From: an uncultured Bulleidia sp.
GTDB taxonomy: Bacteria > Bacillota_I > Bacilli_A > Erysipelotrichales > Erysipelotrichaceae
Length of the DNA: 64,000 bases
Direction of reading: 5' to 3'
Assembly: GCA_934725105.1 (NCBI GenBank)
Contig: CAKVBD010000007.1
Location: 7,747 to 71,746, forward strand
The translations under genes and the position numbers were made by a program. The stretch's first letter is position 1. The number at the start of each line of letters is the position of its first letter. Positions 41,288 to 51,781 of this stretch are shown piece after piece. The notes below the pieces were generated by a model that ran no database searches, was not told the DNA's origin, and worked only from the letters and a program-made list of their open reading frames with translations.

Positions 41288-41307
41288 GGAAAGGAGACAG
41301 AATAGAA

Positions 41308-41889
41308 ATGCCAAACGAAAATGCAGAAGTACGTACTGCAAATACAGAAGCAGGACGTCCACAGCGTAAAGAAAATGGTCGTCGTCCACAGTTCAAAAGA
41401 CGCGAACCAAAAGAATTCGACAGTGTTGTAGTCTCCATTAACCGTGTATCTAAGACTGTTAAGGGCGGACGTAGAATGCGTTTCGCAGCACTCGTTGTTG
41501 TAGGTGATCATAAGGGTCGTATCGGCTTCGGTATGGGTAAAGCTACTGAAGTTCCAGATGCTATCCGTAAGGCTGAAGAAGCAGCTAACAAGAATGTATT
41601 CAGATGCAATCTTGTTGAAGGTACAAGAACAGTACCACATTCCGTTAAGGTTACTCACGGATCAAGTACAGTATTCCTAGCTCCTGCTGCTCCAGGTACT
41701 GGAGTTATCGCAGGTGGTGCAGTTCGTAACATTCTCGAACTTGCTGGTGTATCTGATGTACTTTCAAAGGTTATCGGCTCAAGAACAGCTGTTAACGTTG
41801 TATATGCAACATTAGAAGCTCTCAAGTCTATGAGAACTGTTGAAGAAGTTGCTAAGATTCGCGATAAGAAAGTCGCTGAAATCAGATAA
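41308..41889 (+). CDS. rpsE: 30S ribosomal protein S5 (N-terminal basic extension)
   Basis: uS5. Confidence 0.9.
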   Translation: MPNENAEVRTANTEAGRPQRKENGRRPQFKRREPKEFDSVVVSINRVSKTVKGGRRMRFAALVVVGDHKGRIGFGMGKATEVPDAIRKAEEAANKNVFRCNLVEGTRTVPHSVKVTHGSSTVFLAPAAPGTGVIAGGAVRNILELAGVSDVLSKVIGSRTAVNVVYATLEALKSMRTVEEVAKIRDKKVAEIR

Positions 41890-41903
41890 GGAGGGACTCT
41901 GGT

Positions 41904-42344
41904 ATGAAACTAAATGAATTAAAAGCTACAGAAGGAGCTCGCTCAACAAAGAAGAGAATCGGCCGTGGTCTTGGTTCCGGTAATGGTAAGACATCCGGTA
42001 AGGGACAGAAGGGTCAGAATTCTAGAAGCGGTGGCGGTGTTGCTATCGGTTTCGAAGGTGGACAGACTCCATTCTTTAAGAGAATGCCAAAGAGAGGTTT
42101 CACAAACTATACTCGTAAAGAGTATGCTATCGTTAACGTTGAAGATCTCAACAAGTTTGAAGATGGTGTTACAGTTGACTTCGCTGCAGTTAAGGCTGCT
42201 GGCTTAGTTAAGAAAGAACTCGATGGACTTAAAGTTCTCGGCAATGGAAAGTTAGAGAAGAAGTTAACAGTTAAGGCTGCTAAGTTCTCAGCTTCCGCTA
42301 AGAAAGCAATCGAAGAAGCAGGCGGAACAGCTGAGGTGCTCTAA
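41904..42344 (+). CDS. rplO: 50S ribosomal protein L15
   Basis: uL15. Follows rpsE directly with no rpmD between them. Confidence 0.9.
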   Translation: MKLNELKATEGARSTKKRIGRGLGSGNGKTSGKGQKGQNSRSGGGVAIGFEGGQTPFFKRMPKRGFTNYTRKEYAIVNVEDLNKFEDGVTVDFAAVKAAGLVKKELDGLKVLGNGKLEKKLTVKAAKFSASAKKAIEEAGGTAEVL

Positions 42345-42346
42345 TT

Positions 42347-43630
42347 ATGATGCGCACGTTCTCCAGCATGTTTAAGAATAAAGAGATTCGTAACAAGATT
42401 CTCTTTACTCTTGCAATGCTGTTGATCTACCGCGTCGGATCTGCAATCCCAGTGCCAGGTGTTGATGCAACAAAGCTGGCTTCTCAGATTTCAGATAATT
42501 CTGTACTGAGCATGATGAATTTACTTGGTGGTGGTGCGCTTGAAAGATTAAGTGTATTTGCAATGGGTGTTACACCATACATCACAGCAAGTATTATCAT
42601 TCAATTGTTATCCATGGATGTTATTCCAGCATTAACTGAAATGACAAAATCCGGACAGACAGGTCGAATGAAAATGGAAAAAATCACTAGATATTTAGGA
42701 GTAGTCTTATCATTTGTACAGGCTTACTCCTTAGTCTATGGTTTTGATAAACAATATAACGTATTAGCAAATTCAAATCTTTCTGGATATTTATATACAG
42801 CTACTGTACTTACTGCAGGAACAATGTTCTTGATCTGGTTAGGTGACCGTATTTCCATGAAGGGTATCGGTAATGGTTTATCAATTATTATCTTCGCAGG
42901 TATCGTTTCAAACATGCCTTCACAGTTTGTACAGGTATGGAACGTATTAGCCGGTGGTACTACACAGGGTGAATTGTTCAACGGTATCTTACAGTTTGCA
43001 TTATTTATACTGTTATATATCATCATCATTGTCTTCGTCATTGTAATGGAGACAGCAGTCAGAAAAATCCCAATTCAGTATACAAACAGTTCTTCTTACA
43101 CAAGAGGAAATGACGTTACATTCCTCCCATTGAAGATCAACTCTGCATCTGTAATCCCTGTCATCTTTGCACAGTCAATTATGACAGCACCACAGATTGT
43201 TATCAGTTTCTTCAATCAGGATCTATATAAGACTTTACAGTCATACTTATCATTAAGTAGTACAACAGGTCTTATTTTGTATGCTGTATTAACATTCTTA
43301 TTTACATTCTTCTATACTGATCTTCAGGTTGATCCTGATCAGGTAGCAGATAACTTAAGTAAGTCTGGTGCTTACATTCCTGGTATTAGACCTGGTAATG
43401 AAACAAAAACATACTTACATAAGGTGTTAAATAGAATTACAGTGTTAGGTGCGATTGCTCTTGTCATCGTAGCTACACTTCCATACATTCTTCCTATGTT
43501 TACATCACTTCCATCTAGTATTTCAATTGGTGGAACTGGTATTATTATCGTCGTAGGTGTTGCTATGGAAACAATTGCCCAGTTGAAAGGTCAGCTTACA
43601 ACAAAGGCATACCATGGCTTCCTAAGATAA
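42347..43630 (+). CDS. secY: preprotein translocase subunit SecY
   Basis: 10-TM SecY, 427 aa. Confidence 0.95.
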   Translation: MMRTFSSMFKNKEIRNKILFTLAMLLIYRVGSAIPVPGVDATKLASQISDNSVLSMMNLLGGGALERLSVFAMGVTPYITASIIIQLLSMDVIPALTEMTKSGQTGRMKMEKITRYLGVVLSFVQAYSLVYGFDKQYNVLANSNLSGYLYTATVLTAGTMFLIWLGDRISMKGIGNGLSIIIFAGIVSNMPSQFVQVWNVLAGGTTQGELFNGILQFALFILLYIIIIVFVIVMETAVRKIPIQYTNSSSYTRGNDVTFLPLKINSASVIPVIFAQSIMTAPQIVISFFNQDLYKTLQSYLSLSSTTGLILYAVLTFLFTFFYTDLQVDPDQVADNLSKSGAYIPGIRPGNETKTYLHKVLNRITVLGAIALVIVATLPYILPMFTSLPSSISIGGTGIIIVVGVAMETIAQLKGQLTTKAYHGFLR

Positions 43631-43655
43631 AATCACTAGAGGGTATAGAAAAAGG

Positions 43656-44306
43656 ATGAATATCTTAATTATGGGTCCTGCAGGTGCTGGAAAGGGCACA
43701 ATGTCCGATCTAATCCTAAAGGAATATGATATTCCACATATTTCCACTGGAGATATGTTGAGAGACAATGTTAGAAATAACACAGAACTTGGCAATTTAG
43801 CAAAATCCTATATGGATGCTGGAAATTTAGTTCCTGATGATGTTATTATTGCTATGGTTGAAAAAAGACTTCAAGAAGATGATTGCCAAAAAGGATATCT
43901 ATTAGATGGTTTTCCTAGAACATTAGTTCAGGCGGAAGCTTTCGAAAAGATTGAAAACAAGATTGGTAAACCAGTTGAGTGTGTCATTGCTCTTGAAGTT
44001 GGATTCGATACACTTGTTGAAAGAATTACAGGTAGAAGAATCTGTCCAAAGTGTGGTGCAATCTACCACATTCATAACAAGCCATCCAAGGTTGAAGGTA
44101 TCTGCGATGTTTGCGGAAGCGAATTGACACAGAGAAAAGATGATACTGTTGAACAGTTGACAGTTCGTATGGATGGTTATGAAAAGAGTACAAAGCCTGT
44201 GATTGATTTCTATGACAAGCGCGGTATTGTTTCATATATCGATGCTTCTCAAGAAACAGCAGCTGTATTTGAAAAGGTTAAAGAAGCTTTATCTAAATTA
44301 AAGTAA
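43656..44306 (+). CDS. adk: adenylate kinase (zinc-binding lid)
   Basis: GPAGAGKGT P-loop. CPKCG...CDVCG lid. Confidence 0.95.
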   Translation: MNILIMGPAGAGKGTMSDLILKEYDIPHISTGDMLRDNVRNNTELGNLAKSYMDAGNLVPDDVIIAMVEKRLQEDDCQKGYLLDGFPRTLVQAEAFEKIENKIGKPVECVIALEVGFDTLVERITGRRICPKCGAIYHIHNKPSKVEGICDVCGSELTQRKDDTVEQLTVRMDGYEKSTKPVIDFYDKRGIVSYIDASQETAAVFEKVKEALSKLK

Positions 44307-44551
44307 AAATGATCTGGGGAAGAGTTCTTCTTTCCCAGTATCATTCAATTTCTTAACATGGAAAATTCCGAATATTGTGGAGATGATAGCCTACGTTTCT
44401 TGTAAAATCCGCATGTAAAAGTACATCCGCATTTTAAGAGAGTATCATTTCCCCGGAAATATCCAAATTAATACGTAGGTTTTTAAAAATATCAGGAGAC
44501 AAATCAAGTTTTTTCTGATAAAATAGACAATTGTCCGAGGAGGCAAACAAA

Positions 44552-44665
44552 ATGAAAGTAAGACCATCTGTAAAACCGATTTGTGATAAGTGCAGAGTTA
44601 TTAAGCGCAAGGGCGTTGTTATGGTAATCTGCGAAAACCCAAAGCATAAGCAGAGACAGGGTTAA
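44552..44665 (+). CDS. rpmJ: 50S ribosomal protein L36
   Basis: [37 protein letters not shown], 37 aa, RBS GAGGAGG. Below the ORF-track length cutoff. Confidence 0.85.
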   Translation: MKVRPSVKPICDKCRVIKRKGVVMVICENPKHKQRQG

Positions 44666-44690
44666 TTAAAAGGGAAAAGGAGAATAAACT

Positions 44691-45056
44691 ATGCCACGTT
44701 TTGCTGGTGTCGATATTCCACGTAACAAGGTTATTGGAGTATCCCTCACATATATTTATGGTATTGGACCTACAACAGCTAAGAAGATCTTAGCAGCTGC
44801 AGGTGTTGATGAAACAGTTAGAGCATCTGAATTAACAGATGAACAAGAAACAGCTATTCGTACTCAGATTGATGCGATCAAGACTGAAGGTGACCTTCGT
44901 CTTGAAAGAAGACTCGATATCAAGAGACTAATGGAAATTGGCTCTTATAGAGGACTTCGTCACAGAAGAAGCTTACCTGTTCGTGGTCAGCGTACAAAGA
45001 CAAACGCTCGTACAAGAAAAGGACCACGTCGTACAGTAGCTAATAAGAAGAAGTAA
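44691..45056 (+). CDS. rpsM: 30S ribosomal protein S13
   Basis: uS13. Confidence 0.95.
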   Translation: MPRFAGVDIPRNKVIGVSLTYIYGIGPTTAKKILAAAGVDETVRASELTDEQETAIRTQIDAIKTEGDLRLERRLDIKRLMEIGSYRGLRHRRSLPVRGQRTKTNARTRKGPRRTVANKKK

Positions 45057-45068
45057 TAGGAGGACGAA

Positions 45069-45470
45069 ATGGCAGCTAATAAGAATAAAAAAGTCGTTAC
45101 TCGTAAGAAGAAGGCTAAAAGAAATGTCGCTAAGGGCGTCGCTCATATCCATTCAACATTCAACAATACTATCGTTACAATTACTGACGAAGCAGGTAAC
45201 GCAGTATCTTGGAGTTCAGCTGGTGCATTAGGCTATAAGGGTTCACGTAAGTCTACACCTTATGTTGCACAGTTAGTTTCTGAAGCAGCTGGTAAGGCAG
45301 CTGTTCAGCAGGGTATGAAATCCGTAGAAGTAAATGTAAAGGGTCCAGGTGCTGGACGTGAAGCTGCAGTTCGTTCACTGCAGACAGCTGGTTTGACAAT
45401 TACAGCTATCAACGACGTTACACCAATCCCTCATAACGGATGCCGTCCACCAAAGAGACCACGTGGATAA
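45069..45470 (+). CDS. rpsK: 30S ribosomal protein S11
   Basis: uS11. Confidence 0.95.
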   Translation: MAANKNKKVVTRKKKAKRNVAKGVAHIHSTFNNTIVTITDEAGNAVSWSSAGALGYKGSRKSTPYVAQLVSEAAGKAAVQQGMKSVEVNVKGPGAGREAAVRSLQTAGLTITAINDVTPIPHNGCRPPKRPRG

Positions 45471-45494
45471 TAAATAAAAGAGGAGGATTGAAGC

Positions 45495-46454
45495 ATGCAG
45501 AAATTTGAACGCGCTGATTTTGAAGTTAAAGAATACGTTGAATCAGAGAACTACGGTAAGTTTGTGCTCTCTCCATTAGAGAGAGGATTTGGTACAACTA
45601 TCGGAAATGCGCTTCGCAGGGTCCTGCTGTCCTCCCTACCGGGAGCTGCGGTATTCTCAATCAAGGTTGATGGTGTGTATCATGAATTCACAACTATCCC
45701 TGGTATTAGAGAAGACGTTTCCATGATTATCCTTCAGTTGAAACAATTAGTTATGACAATCGAAGATGATGATGTTTATGACTTACAGATTTCAGCTAAA
45801 GGACCATGTACTATTACAGCAGGAGATATCATTTGCCCAGCTCAGGTTGAAATCCTGAATAAGGACCTTGAAATCGCTCACCTTGAAAAAGATGTTACTT
45901 TAGAAATGGAACTTAAGGCTAAGAATGGTCGTGGTTATGTTTCTGCTGACATCAACAAGCAGTTAAATCAAGGTGCATCTCAGGGAATCGGAACAGTTTA
46001 TACTGACTCTATCTATACACCAATTGAAAAGGTTTCCTACAATGTAGAACCTACTCGTGTTGGTGAAGATGTTAAGTATGACAGCTTAACTATGGAAATC
46101 TGGACTGATGGTTCTATTAACCCTCAGAAGGCTCTTTCCTTAGCAGCTAAGATTCTGATTGATCACTTAGATATCGTCGCAAGTATCAATGAAGACATTC
46201 TCAACATGGATAATGTCATCATGGAAGGTACAACAGAGCAACCAAACAAGGGTCAGCAGATGATGATTGAAGATCTTGATCTTTCCGTACGTTCTTACAA
46301 TTGTTTGAAGCGTGCTGGTATTCAGACTGTTGATGAGTTGACTCAGAAGACTGAGGATGAAATGATGAGAGTCAGAAACCTCGGTAAGAAATCACTGAAA
46401 GAAGTAAAGGATAAGCTTATTGAATTAGGAATGGGCTTCAAATCCTTTGACTAA
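45495..46454 (+). CDS. rpoA: DNA-directed RNA polymerase subunit alpha
   Basis: RpoA N-terminal and C-terminal domains, 319 aa. Confidence 0.95.
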   Translation: MQKFERADFEVKEYVESENYGKFVLSPLERGFGTTIGNALRRVLLSSLPGAAVFSIKVDGVYHEFTTIPGIREDVSMIILQLKQLVMTIEDDDVYDLQISAKGPCTITAGDIICPAQVEILNKDLEIAHLEKDVTLEMELKAKNGRGYVSADINKQLNQGASQGIGTVYTDSIYTPIEKVSYNVEPTRVGEDVKYDSLTMEIWTDGSINPQKALSLAAKILIDHLDIVASINEDILNMDNVIMEGTTEQPNKGQQMMIEDLDLSVRSYNCLKRAGIQTVDELTQKTEDEMMRVRNLGKKSLKEVKDKLIELGMGFKSFD

Positions 46455-46470
46455 TTAGAGAGGAACGTAT

Positions 46471-46833
46471 ATGTGGAATCGTAAATTTGGTAGAAACGCT
46501 GATCATCGTAAAGCTATGCTCAGAAACCTTGCTACTTCCGTTATTCTCTACGGTAGAGTAGAAACAACAGAAGCTAAGGCTAAGGATATGCGTTCTGTAG
46601 TAGATGAATTAATTACTCTTGGTAAGAGAGGCGACTTACATGCACGCCGTCAGGCTGCTGCTTATATCAGAAACGTTGTTGCTGATGAAGCTAAGTCTCA
46701 GACAGTACTACAGAAGCTATTTGACGAAGTAGCTCCAAAGTATGCAGATCGCAACGGTGGATACACACGTGTTGTAAAGACAGGTACTCGTAAGGGTGAC
46801 GCTGCTCCAATGGCATACATTGAACTCGTTTAA
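46471..46833 (+). CDS. rplQ: 50S ribosomal protein L17
   Basis: bL17. Confidence 0.9.
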   Translation: MWNRKFGRNADHRKAMLRNLATSVILYGRVETTEAKAKDMRSVVDELITLGKRGDLHARRQAAAYIRNVVADEAKSQTVLQKLFDEVAPKYADRNGGYTRVVKTGTRKGDAAPMAYIELV

Positions 46834-46851
46834 TTAAATATCACAAATTGA

Positions 46852-46882
46852 ACCTACGATTAATTTCGTAGGTTTTTATTTT
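46852..46882 (+). terminator. intrinsic terminator after rplQ
   Basis: CCTACGA / TCGTAGG stem plus T-run. Confidence 0.7.
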
Positions 46883-46924
46883 GCGCAAAAAAACAAGTGA
46901 TGTTCACTTGTTTCATTTTTATAA

Positions 46925-47200
46925 TTACAACTTTAAATACTTCATTAATCGTTGTAAGTGTTCTGTAAATTCATTAAATTCTTGATCTGTTTTGATGCTT
47001 CCTGAAAAGTTTGTTTCATAATACAGAAACTCAACGGTAACATTAAAATAATTTGCAATTTTAAATGCTAGATCTACATCTGGATCTTGTAGCCCATTTT
47101 CAATTTTGCTTAATGACTGTTGTGTACAACCAATTTTTTCAGATAGTTCTGTCTGTGAAAGACCTTTTTCGATTCTTAATGTCTTAATGCGATTCTTCAT
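46925..47200 (-). CDS. XRE-family HTH transcriptional regulator
   Basis: LSQTELSEKIGCTQQSLSKIENG HTH_3. 91 aa. Confidence 0.8.
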   Translation of the reverse strand: MKNRIKTLRIEKGLSQTELSEKIGCTQQSLSKIENGLQDPDVDLAFKIANYFNVTVEFLYYETNFSGSIKTDQEFNEFTEHLQRLMKYLKL

Positions 47201-47360
47201 ATATACATTGTAGAAGTGTAGAATAAATAAAGTTACATCGATTCAATGTATCTCACAACTGATAAATGTAAAAACCACGGATTTATGTTTTTATTGATAA
47301 AAATAACAAATTTCAGAGATTCTTCATATATGTTTGTGATAAGACTGATATAATACTTAC

Positions 47361-48575
47361 GTGATGAAAAAATTAACAAAATTAGTGATTATATCCACGT
47401 TATTGCTTTGTGGATGTACAAATAAAAAGCAACAAGAATCAATTTCTTCTATGACAAAAGAAGAAACAAAATTAACAAAACATAGTGGCGATGCGTTTGA
47501 TTCTTATACAGAATCTGTGAACAATGCTGATACAGCTTCTAGTTATAGTGTTGGCATCTATTCAGCGTATACAATGAGTTACAGTGATGATACTAAAGAT
47601 ATCTTTGAGTTTGATGGTGTGCTAGAAACAGAAAAGACAGGTGATGATACTAAAGCACATTTAACGCAAAATATTGAATCAAATGGTGGCACATTTAATA
47701 TCGAAGGGTATTACTATGGTGGAAGACTTTATAATAACTATAACGATGTTAAGTATTATGAAGATATGGATTATACTGATGTTGAAAAGACAATGCTTGT
47801 TCCTTTGAATCCATATGCATTTGATAAAAAGATAATTGATTCGATTCAGGCAGAAGATGATTCAAATGGGAATGTCATTTATACGATTCAACTAAAAGCG
47901 GATCAAGCTTCTAGTTTATTCAGTGATCGTTATGATACATACGGATTGAATCAATATGATGATTATCAGGTCACAAGCAATAAAATTGTTGATACGTTTG
48001 ATAAAGATGGATTCTTCATTTCTGAAACGACAGAATTTAATACGAGTGTTTCCAGCAATGGGCAAAAGGTGAATGTTAAATATACAAGCTTGGTAAACTA
48101 CTTGAAATTGAATGATACTGAAGTTTCAATCAGTAAAGATCAGAAGAAGGAACTCAAAGAATATGTATATTTTGAAGATATTGATACATCTTCACTCAAT
48201 TCTGATTCTCAATACGATGATACTGCAGAAAAGACTGTAACTGATACATTCAAGAAGAGACTTGTAAATCGTCTTGGATATGAAAAAGCAAATGATGGTT
48301 CATATCAGCAAAGTTACAATGATAATGAAGCATACATCATTGATTTTAAAAATTATACATTCACATACACAAAGTATAGTATTCGATACACATACAACTG
48401 GAAAGGTGATATTGCGACAATGGGGTCCTGTACAGTGAATTATCAAGAAGATAAGCAATCATCTAGTTGTGAGGAAAGTACTGTTGATATGATGAAAACA
48501 GTTAAACAATACTTTGAGATGGAATTGTATTATTGTGGATTATCATTAGATGATTTACAAGAAGAGGCAAAATAG
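47361..48575 (+). CDS. hypothetical lipoprotein
   Basis: Lipobox LLLCGC. 404 aa, Asp/Tyr/Thr-rich, no recognisable domain. Confidence 0.55.
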   Translation: MMKKLTKLVIISTLLLCGCTNKKQQESISSMTKEETKLTKHSGDAFDSYTESVNNADTASSYSVGIYSAYTMSYSDDTKDIFEFDGVLETEKTGDDTKAHLTQNIESNGGTFNIEGYYYGGRLYNNYNDVKYYEDMDYTDVEKTMLVPLNPYAFDKKIIDSIQAEDDSNGNVIYTIQLKADQASSLFSDRYDTYGLNQYDDYQVTSNKIVDTFDKDGFFISETTEFNTSVSSNGQKVNVKYTSLVNYLKLNDTEVSISKDQKKELKEYVYFEDIDTSSLNSDSQYDDTAEKTVTDTFKKRLVNRLGYEKANDGSYQQSYNDNEAYIIDFKNYTFTYTKYSIRYTYNWKGDIATMGSCTVNYQEDKQSSSCEESTVDMMKTVKQYFEMELYYCGLSLDDLQEEAK

Positions 48576-48586
48576 GAGGAAAGTTT

Positions 48587-48853
48587 ATGAGAGCCGTTAT
48601 TTCAGTTGTTGGAAAGGATCATCCAGGTATTCTGGCGTTTGTTGCCAGCAAGTGTGCAGAAAAAGAAATCAACATTGTAGATGTAACACAGAAGGTTTTA
48701 CAGGGTTTATTCACAATGATGATGATCGTTGAAGTTCCTGAAGGATTACAGGTACAGGAAATTACTTCATCTTTTGAACAATATGGAAAAGAAGAAGGTT
48801 TGGATATTCATGTCATGGCAGAGGATATCTTTAATGCCATGCATACAATCTGA
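48587..48853 (+). CDS. ACT-domain protein (UPF0237 family)
   Basis: [19 protein letters not shown] fold, 88 aa. Paired with a UPF0210 gene as in other Firmicutes. Confidence 0.75.
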   Translation: MRAVISVVGKDHPGILAFVASKCAEKEINIVDVTQKVLQGLFTMMMIVEVPEGLQVQEITSSFEQYGKEEGLDIHVMAEDIFNAMHTI

Positions 48854-48861
48854 GGTGTATT

Positions 48862-50226
48862 ATGTGGACAACAGCTTCTGATAATATCTTAGAAACGATT
48901 CGAATGATCGAAGAAGAAAATCTCGATATTCGTACAATTACAATGGGTATTAACCTTTTAGACTGTGCAGATAGTGATATCGATGTCTCTTGTAAAAAAG
49001 TTTATGAAAAAATCACTACAAAAGCAAAAGATCTAGTTAAGGTTGCTAAAGAAATTGAAAGTGAATATGGCATTCCAATCATTAACCAGAGAATTACAGT
49101 AACACCAATTTCTCTTTTGGTCAGTGTTTCTGGTGGTGATCCTGTTAAATATGCAAAAACATTAGATGCTGCGGCAAAAGAAGTTGGTGCATCATTTGTT
49201 GGTGGATATTCTGCACTCGTTCAAAAGGGCATGACAAAGGGCGAAGAAGCATTAATTCGCTCGATTCCTCGTGCATTAGCAGAAACAGATATAGTATGTT
49301 CCTCAGTAAATATTGGCTCTACAAAAGCTGGCATTAATATGGATGCGGTTAAATTGATGGGCCAAATCGTTAGAGAAACTGCTGAAATTACAAAAGATAA
49401 TAACTGCTTTGGTGCAGCAAAACTAGTTGTATTCTGCAACGCGGTAGAAGATAACCCATTTATGGCTGGTGGATTCCATGGCGTCAGTGAACCTGATGTT
49501 GTTATTAACACAGGTGTATCTGGTCCTGGAGTTGTAAGAGAAGCAATTCGTAAAGCCGGTAAAGATGCATCCATGAATGAAATTGCTGAAATTATTAAGA
49601 AGACAGCATTCAAAGTTACACGTATGGGACAGTTGGTTGGTGCAGAAGCAGCAAAGAGACTGGGCGTTCCATTTGGAATCGTTGACTTATCTTTAGCACC
49701 TACACCAGCTGTTGGTGACTCTGTTGCACAGATTCTCGAAGAAATTGGATTAGAAACATGCGGTGGACCTGGTACAACTGCGTGTCTTGCAATGTTGAAT
49801 GATGCCGTGAAGAAGGGTGGCGTCATGGCAAGTTCTTCTGTAGGTGGCTTAAGTGGTGCGTTTATTCCAGTCAGTGAAGATGCAGGGATGATTGCAGCAG
49901 CTGAAAAGGGTGTATTAACACTTGAAAAGCTAGAAGCTATGACATGTGTATGTTCTGTTGGTTTAGACATGATTATTATTCCTGGAGATACAACTGCAGA
50001 AACAATTTCCGCAATCATTGCGGATGAAGCAGCAATTGGTATGATTAATACAAAGACAACAGCTTGTCGTTTAATTCCAGCGATTGGTAAAGAAGCTGGA
50101 GAAAAACTTGTATTTGGTGGTTTACTTGGAGAAGGTCCAATTATGCCAGTCAAAACAACAAAGGCAGATGTCATGATCAACCGTGGTGGAAAGATTCCTT
50201 CACCAATCAACTCATTAAAGAATTAA
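48862..50226 (+). CDS. UPF0210 family protein (DUF711)
   Basis: 454 aa. Conserved partner of the UPF0237 ACT protein. Confidence 0.7.
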   Translation: MWTTASDNILETIRMIEEENLDIRTITMGINLLDCADSDIDVSCKKVYEKITTKAKDLVKVAKEIESEYGIPIINQRITVTPISLLVSVSGGDPVKYAKTLDAAAKEVGASFVGGYSALVQKGMTKGEEALIRSIPRALAETDIVCSSVNIGSTKAGINMDAVKLMGQIVRETAEITKDNNCFGAAKLVVFCNAVEDNPFMAGGFHGVSEPDVVINTGVSGPGVVREAIRKAGKDASMNEIAEIIKKTAFKVTRMGQLVGAEAAKRLGVPFGIVDLSLAPTPAVGDSVAQILEEIGLETCGGPGTTACLAMLNDAVKKGGVMASSSVGGLSGAFIPVSEDAGMIAAAEKGVLTLEKLEAMTCVCSVGLDMIIIPGDTTAETISAIIADEAAIGMINTKTTACRLIPAIGKEAGEKLVFGGLLGEGPIMPVKTTKADVMINRGGKIPSPINSLKN

Positions 50227-50234
50227 TACATATA

Positions 50235-50267
50235 CTCTCAAGACAAAGCTGTTTTGAGAGTTTTTTT
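50235..50267 (+). terminator. intrinsic terminator
   Basis: CTCTCAAG...TTGAGAG stem plus T7. Confidence 0.65.
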
Positions 50268-50509
50268 CTTATAAATTGAATGCGTTTGTGGAAATGAAAA
50301 TTTGATATAGATATGTATCTAAAAGATGAATAAGCATGATGAAAGTAGACACAATTGATTTGATGATATCGAACGATTATGTAACATAGATGGAAATCTT
50401 TTTCAGCAGTTCTCGACTAGATTCTTATATACTAACAATTATTTATCCTAAGATAAAGTCTATTTTTTTTTGTAAAGTACTCTATTCTAAAATAAAGGAA
50501 GGATAATTT

Positions 50510-51667
50510 ATGCTGAATTACAATCCATCAAGGTTTAAAAATACATTAAACAATTTTCTGATTTATCTGGTCGCAAGTGTACTTTTTCTATCTGGCTGTG
50601 ATATACAGAAGGAACATCGCGCAAATATTTCAGAAGATATTGTTTCTCCATTCCAGCAAGCCTCTTTTTGTACGAATGTATTTGCGGCAGTTTCTGATGA
50701 AGCTATGTATTATCAAATTGAAGGTGGAAAGCTATTTGCGTTAGACAAAAAAGGTAATAATATTCAAATAGGTACCATGAATTTTGTGGATGATAAAGAA
50801 GCTGGTTCTAGTAGAGATGGAATTCCTGCACCGAAAAGATATTCAGATACTGCGGAAATTGGTGTTGGAATGCTTTATTTTGATAGAAAGATTATTTATG
50901 AGAGTAAGTATTTTACTGTAGATGGTCAAATGCGATATCGTCTGAATGCATATGATCCTTCAAACAATCATTTTCAAACAATTCTTGAATTTGATTTTCA
51001 ACCAGCTTACTTCACTTTACAAAAAGATGTGATTGCGGTAGCAGAAACGATTGCGTCAAGTAGAGAAGGAATTGTTCATTTTTTTGATTTGAATGGAAAT
51101 GAAAAAAAAGTTATAAAGTTTGGTGCAGATGTTGTAAACATAACAAATAATGGAAATGATATTATTATCTATTGTGTTGGATGTTTGTATGGTGTAGATA
51201 TTGATACATTAGAACAACGCACACTTGTGCAAAGAGAGAATACCGAATTTGTATATGTGAATGATAATACATATTCATATTGTTCTATTGATGCAGAAGA
51301 ACTGGAAAAAGAAATACCTCAGGTTCATTCTGGTATTATAGACAATTTAAGCGATACTGAATTGTTTGGATTAGACAATGCAATCATTGATTATTATGAT
51401 GATGAAAATATCTATACAACGACACTGGAAAATAAGGTGAAGTATAGAATCTATGACTGGAATGGCAATTTAGTGGATGAAATTATTCCATCTGAAACAT
51501 TAGGCGTATCAGATGGTGCTCTTCCGATAGCTTACCATGAAATGGATTATTCTAGTATCGTTCGGGTATGGAATGAACAACTTATCGCTTACCACTTTAA
51601 TAAATCAGAAATAGAATTATTGTCTTGTAGTCTTGAAACACACGCATGTGAATTTCTGAAGTCATAG
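50510..51667 (+). CDS. hypothetical lipoprotein
   Basis: Lipobox FLSGC. 385 aa, no recognisable domain. Confidence 0.5.
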   Translation: MLNYNPSRFKNTLNNFLIYLVASVLFLSGCDIQKEHRANISEDIVSPFQQASFCTNVFAAVSDEAMYYQIEGGKLFALDKKGNNIQIGTMNFVDDKEAGSSRDGIPAPKRYSDTAEIGVGMLYFDRKIIYESKYFTVDGQMRYRLNAYDPSNNHFQTILEFDFQPAYFTLQKDVIAVAETIASSREGIVHFFDLNGNEKKVIKFGADVVNITNNGNDIIIYCVGCLYGVDIDTLEQRTLVQRENTEFVYVNDNTYSYCSIDAEELEKEIPQVHSGIIDNLSDTELFGLDNAIIDYYDDENIYTTTLENKVKYRIYDWNGNLVDEIIPSETLGVSDGALPIAYHEMDYSSIVRVWNEQLIAYHFNKSEIELLSCSLETHACEFLKS

Positions 51668-51781
51668 GTAAGCTATGTAAAAAGAAATGTATATTGAATC
51701 GGCTAATTTACAACTGTACGGTTGCAGATTAGCTGTTTTCATAGTACGAAAAAAGAGAATCATTTCGATTCTCTTCGTGCG

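Noticed and set aside
44307-44551. Searching the adk-rpmJ gap for a degraded infA or map
   Set aside because: No frame gives IF-1 or MetAP-like peptides. Only short ORFs without similarity, so the gap is treated as non-coding.
49221-50210. 329-aa ORF on the minus strand
   Set aside because: It lies antisense within the UPF0210 gene, has a low-complexity A/P/S/T-rich composition typical of antisense frames, and has no RBS or start context.
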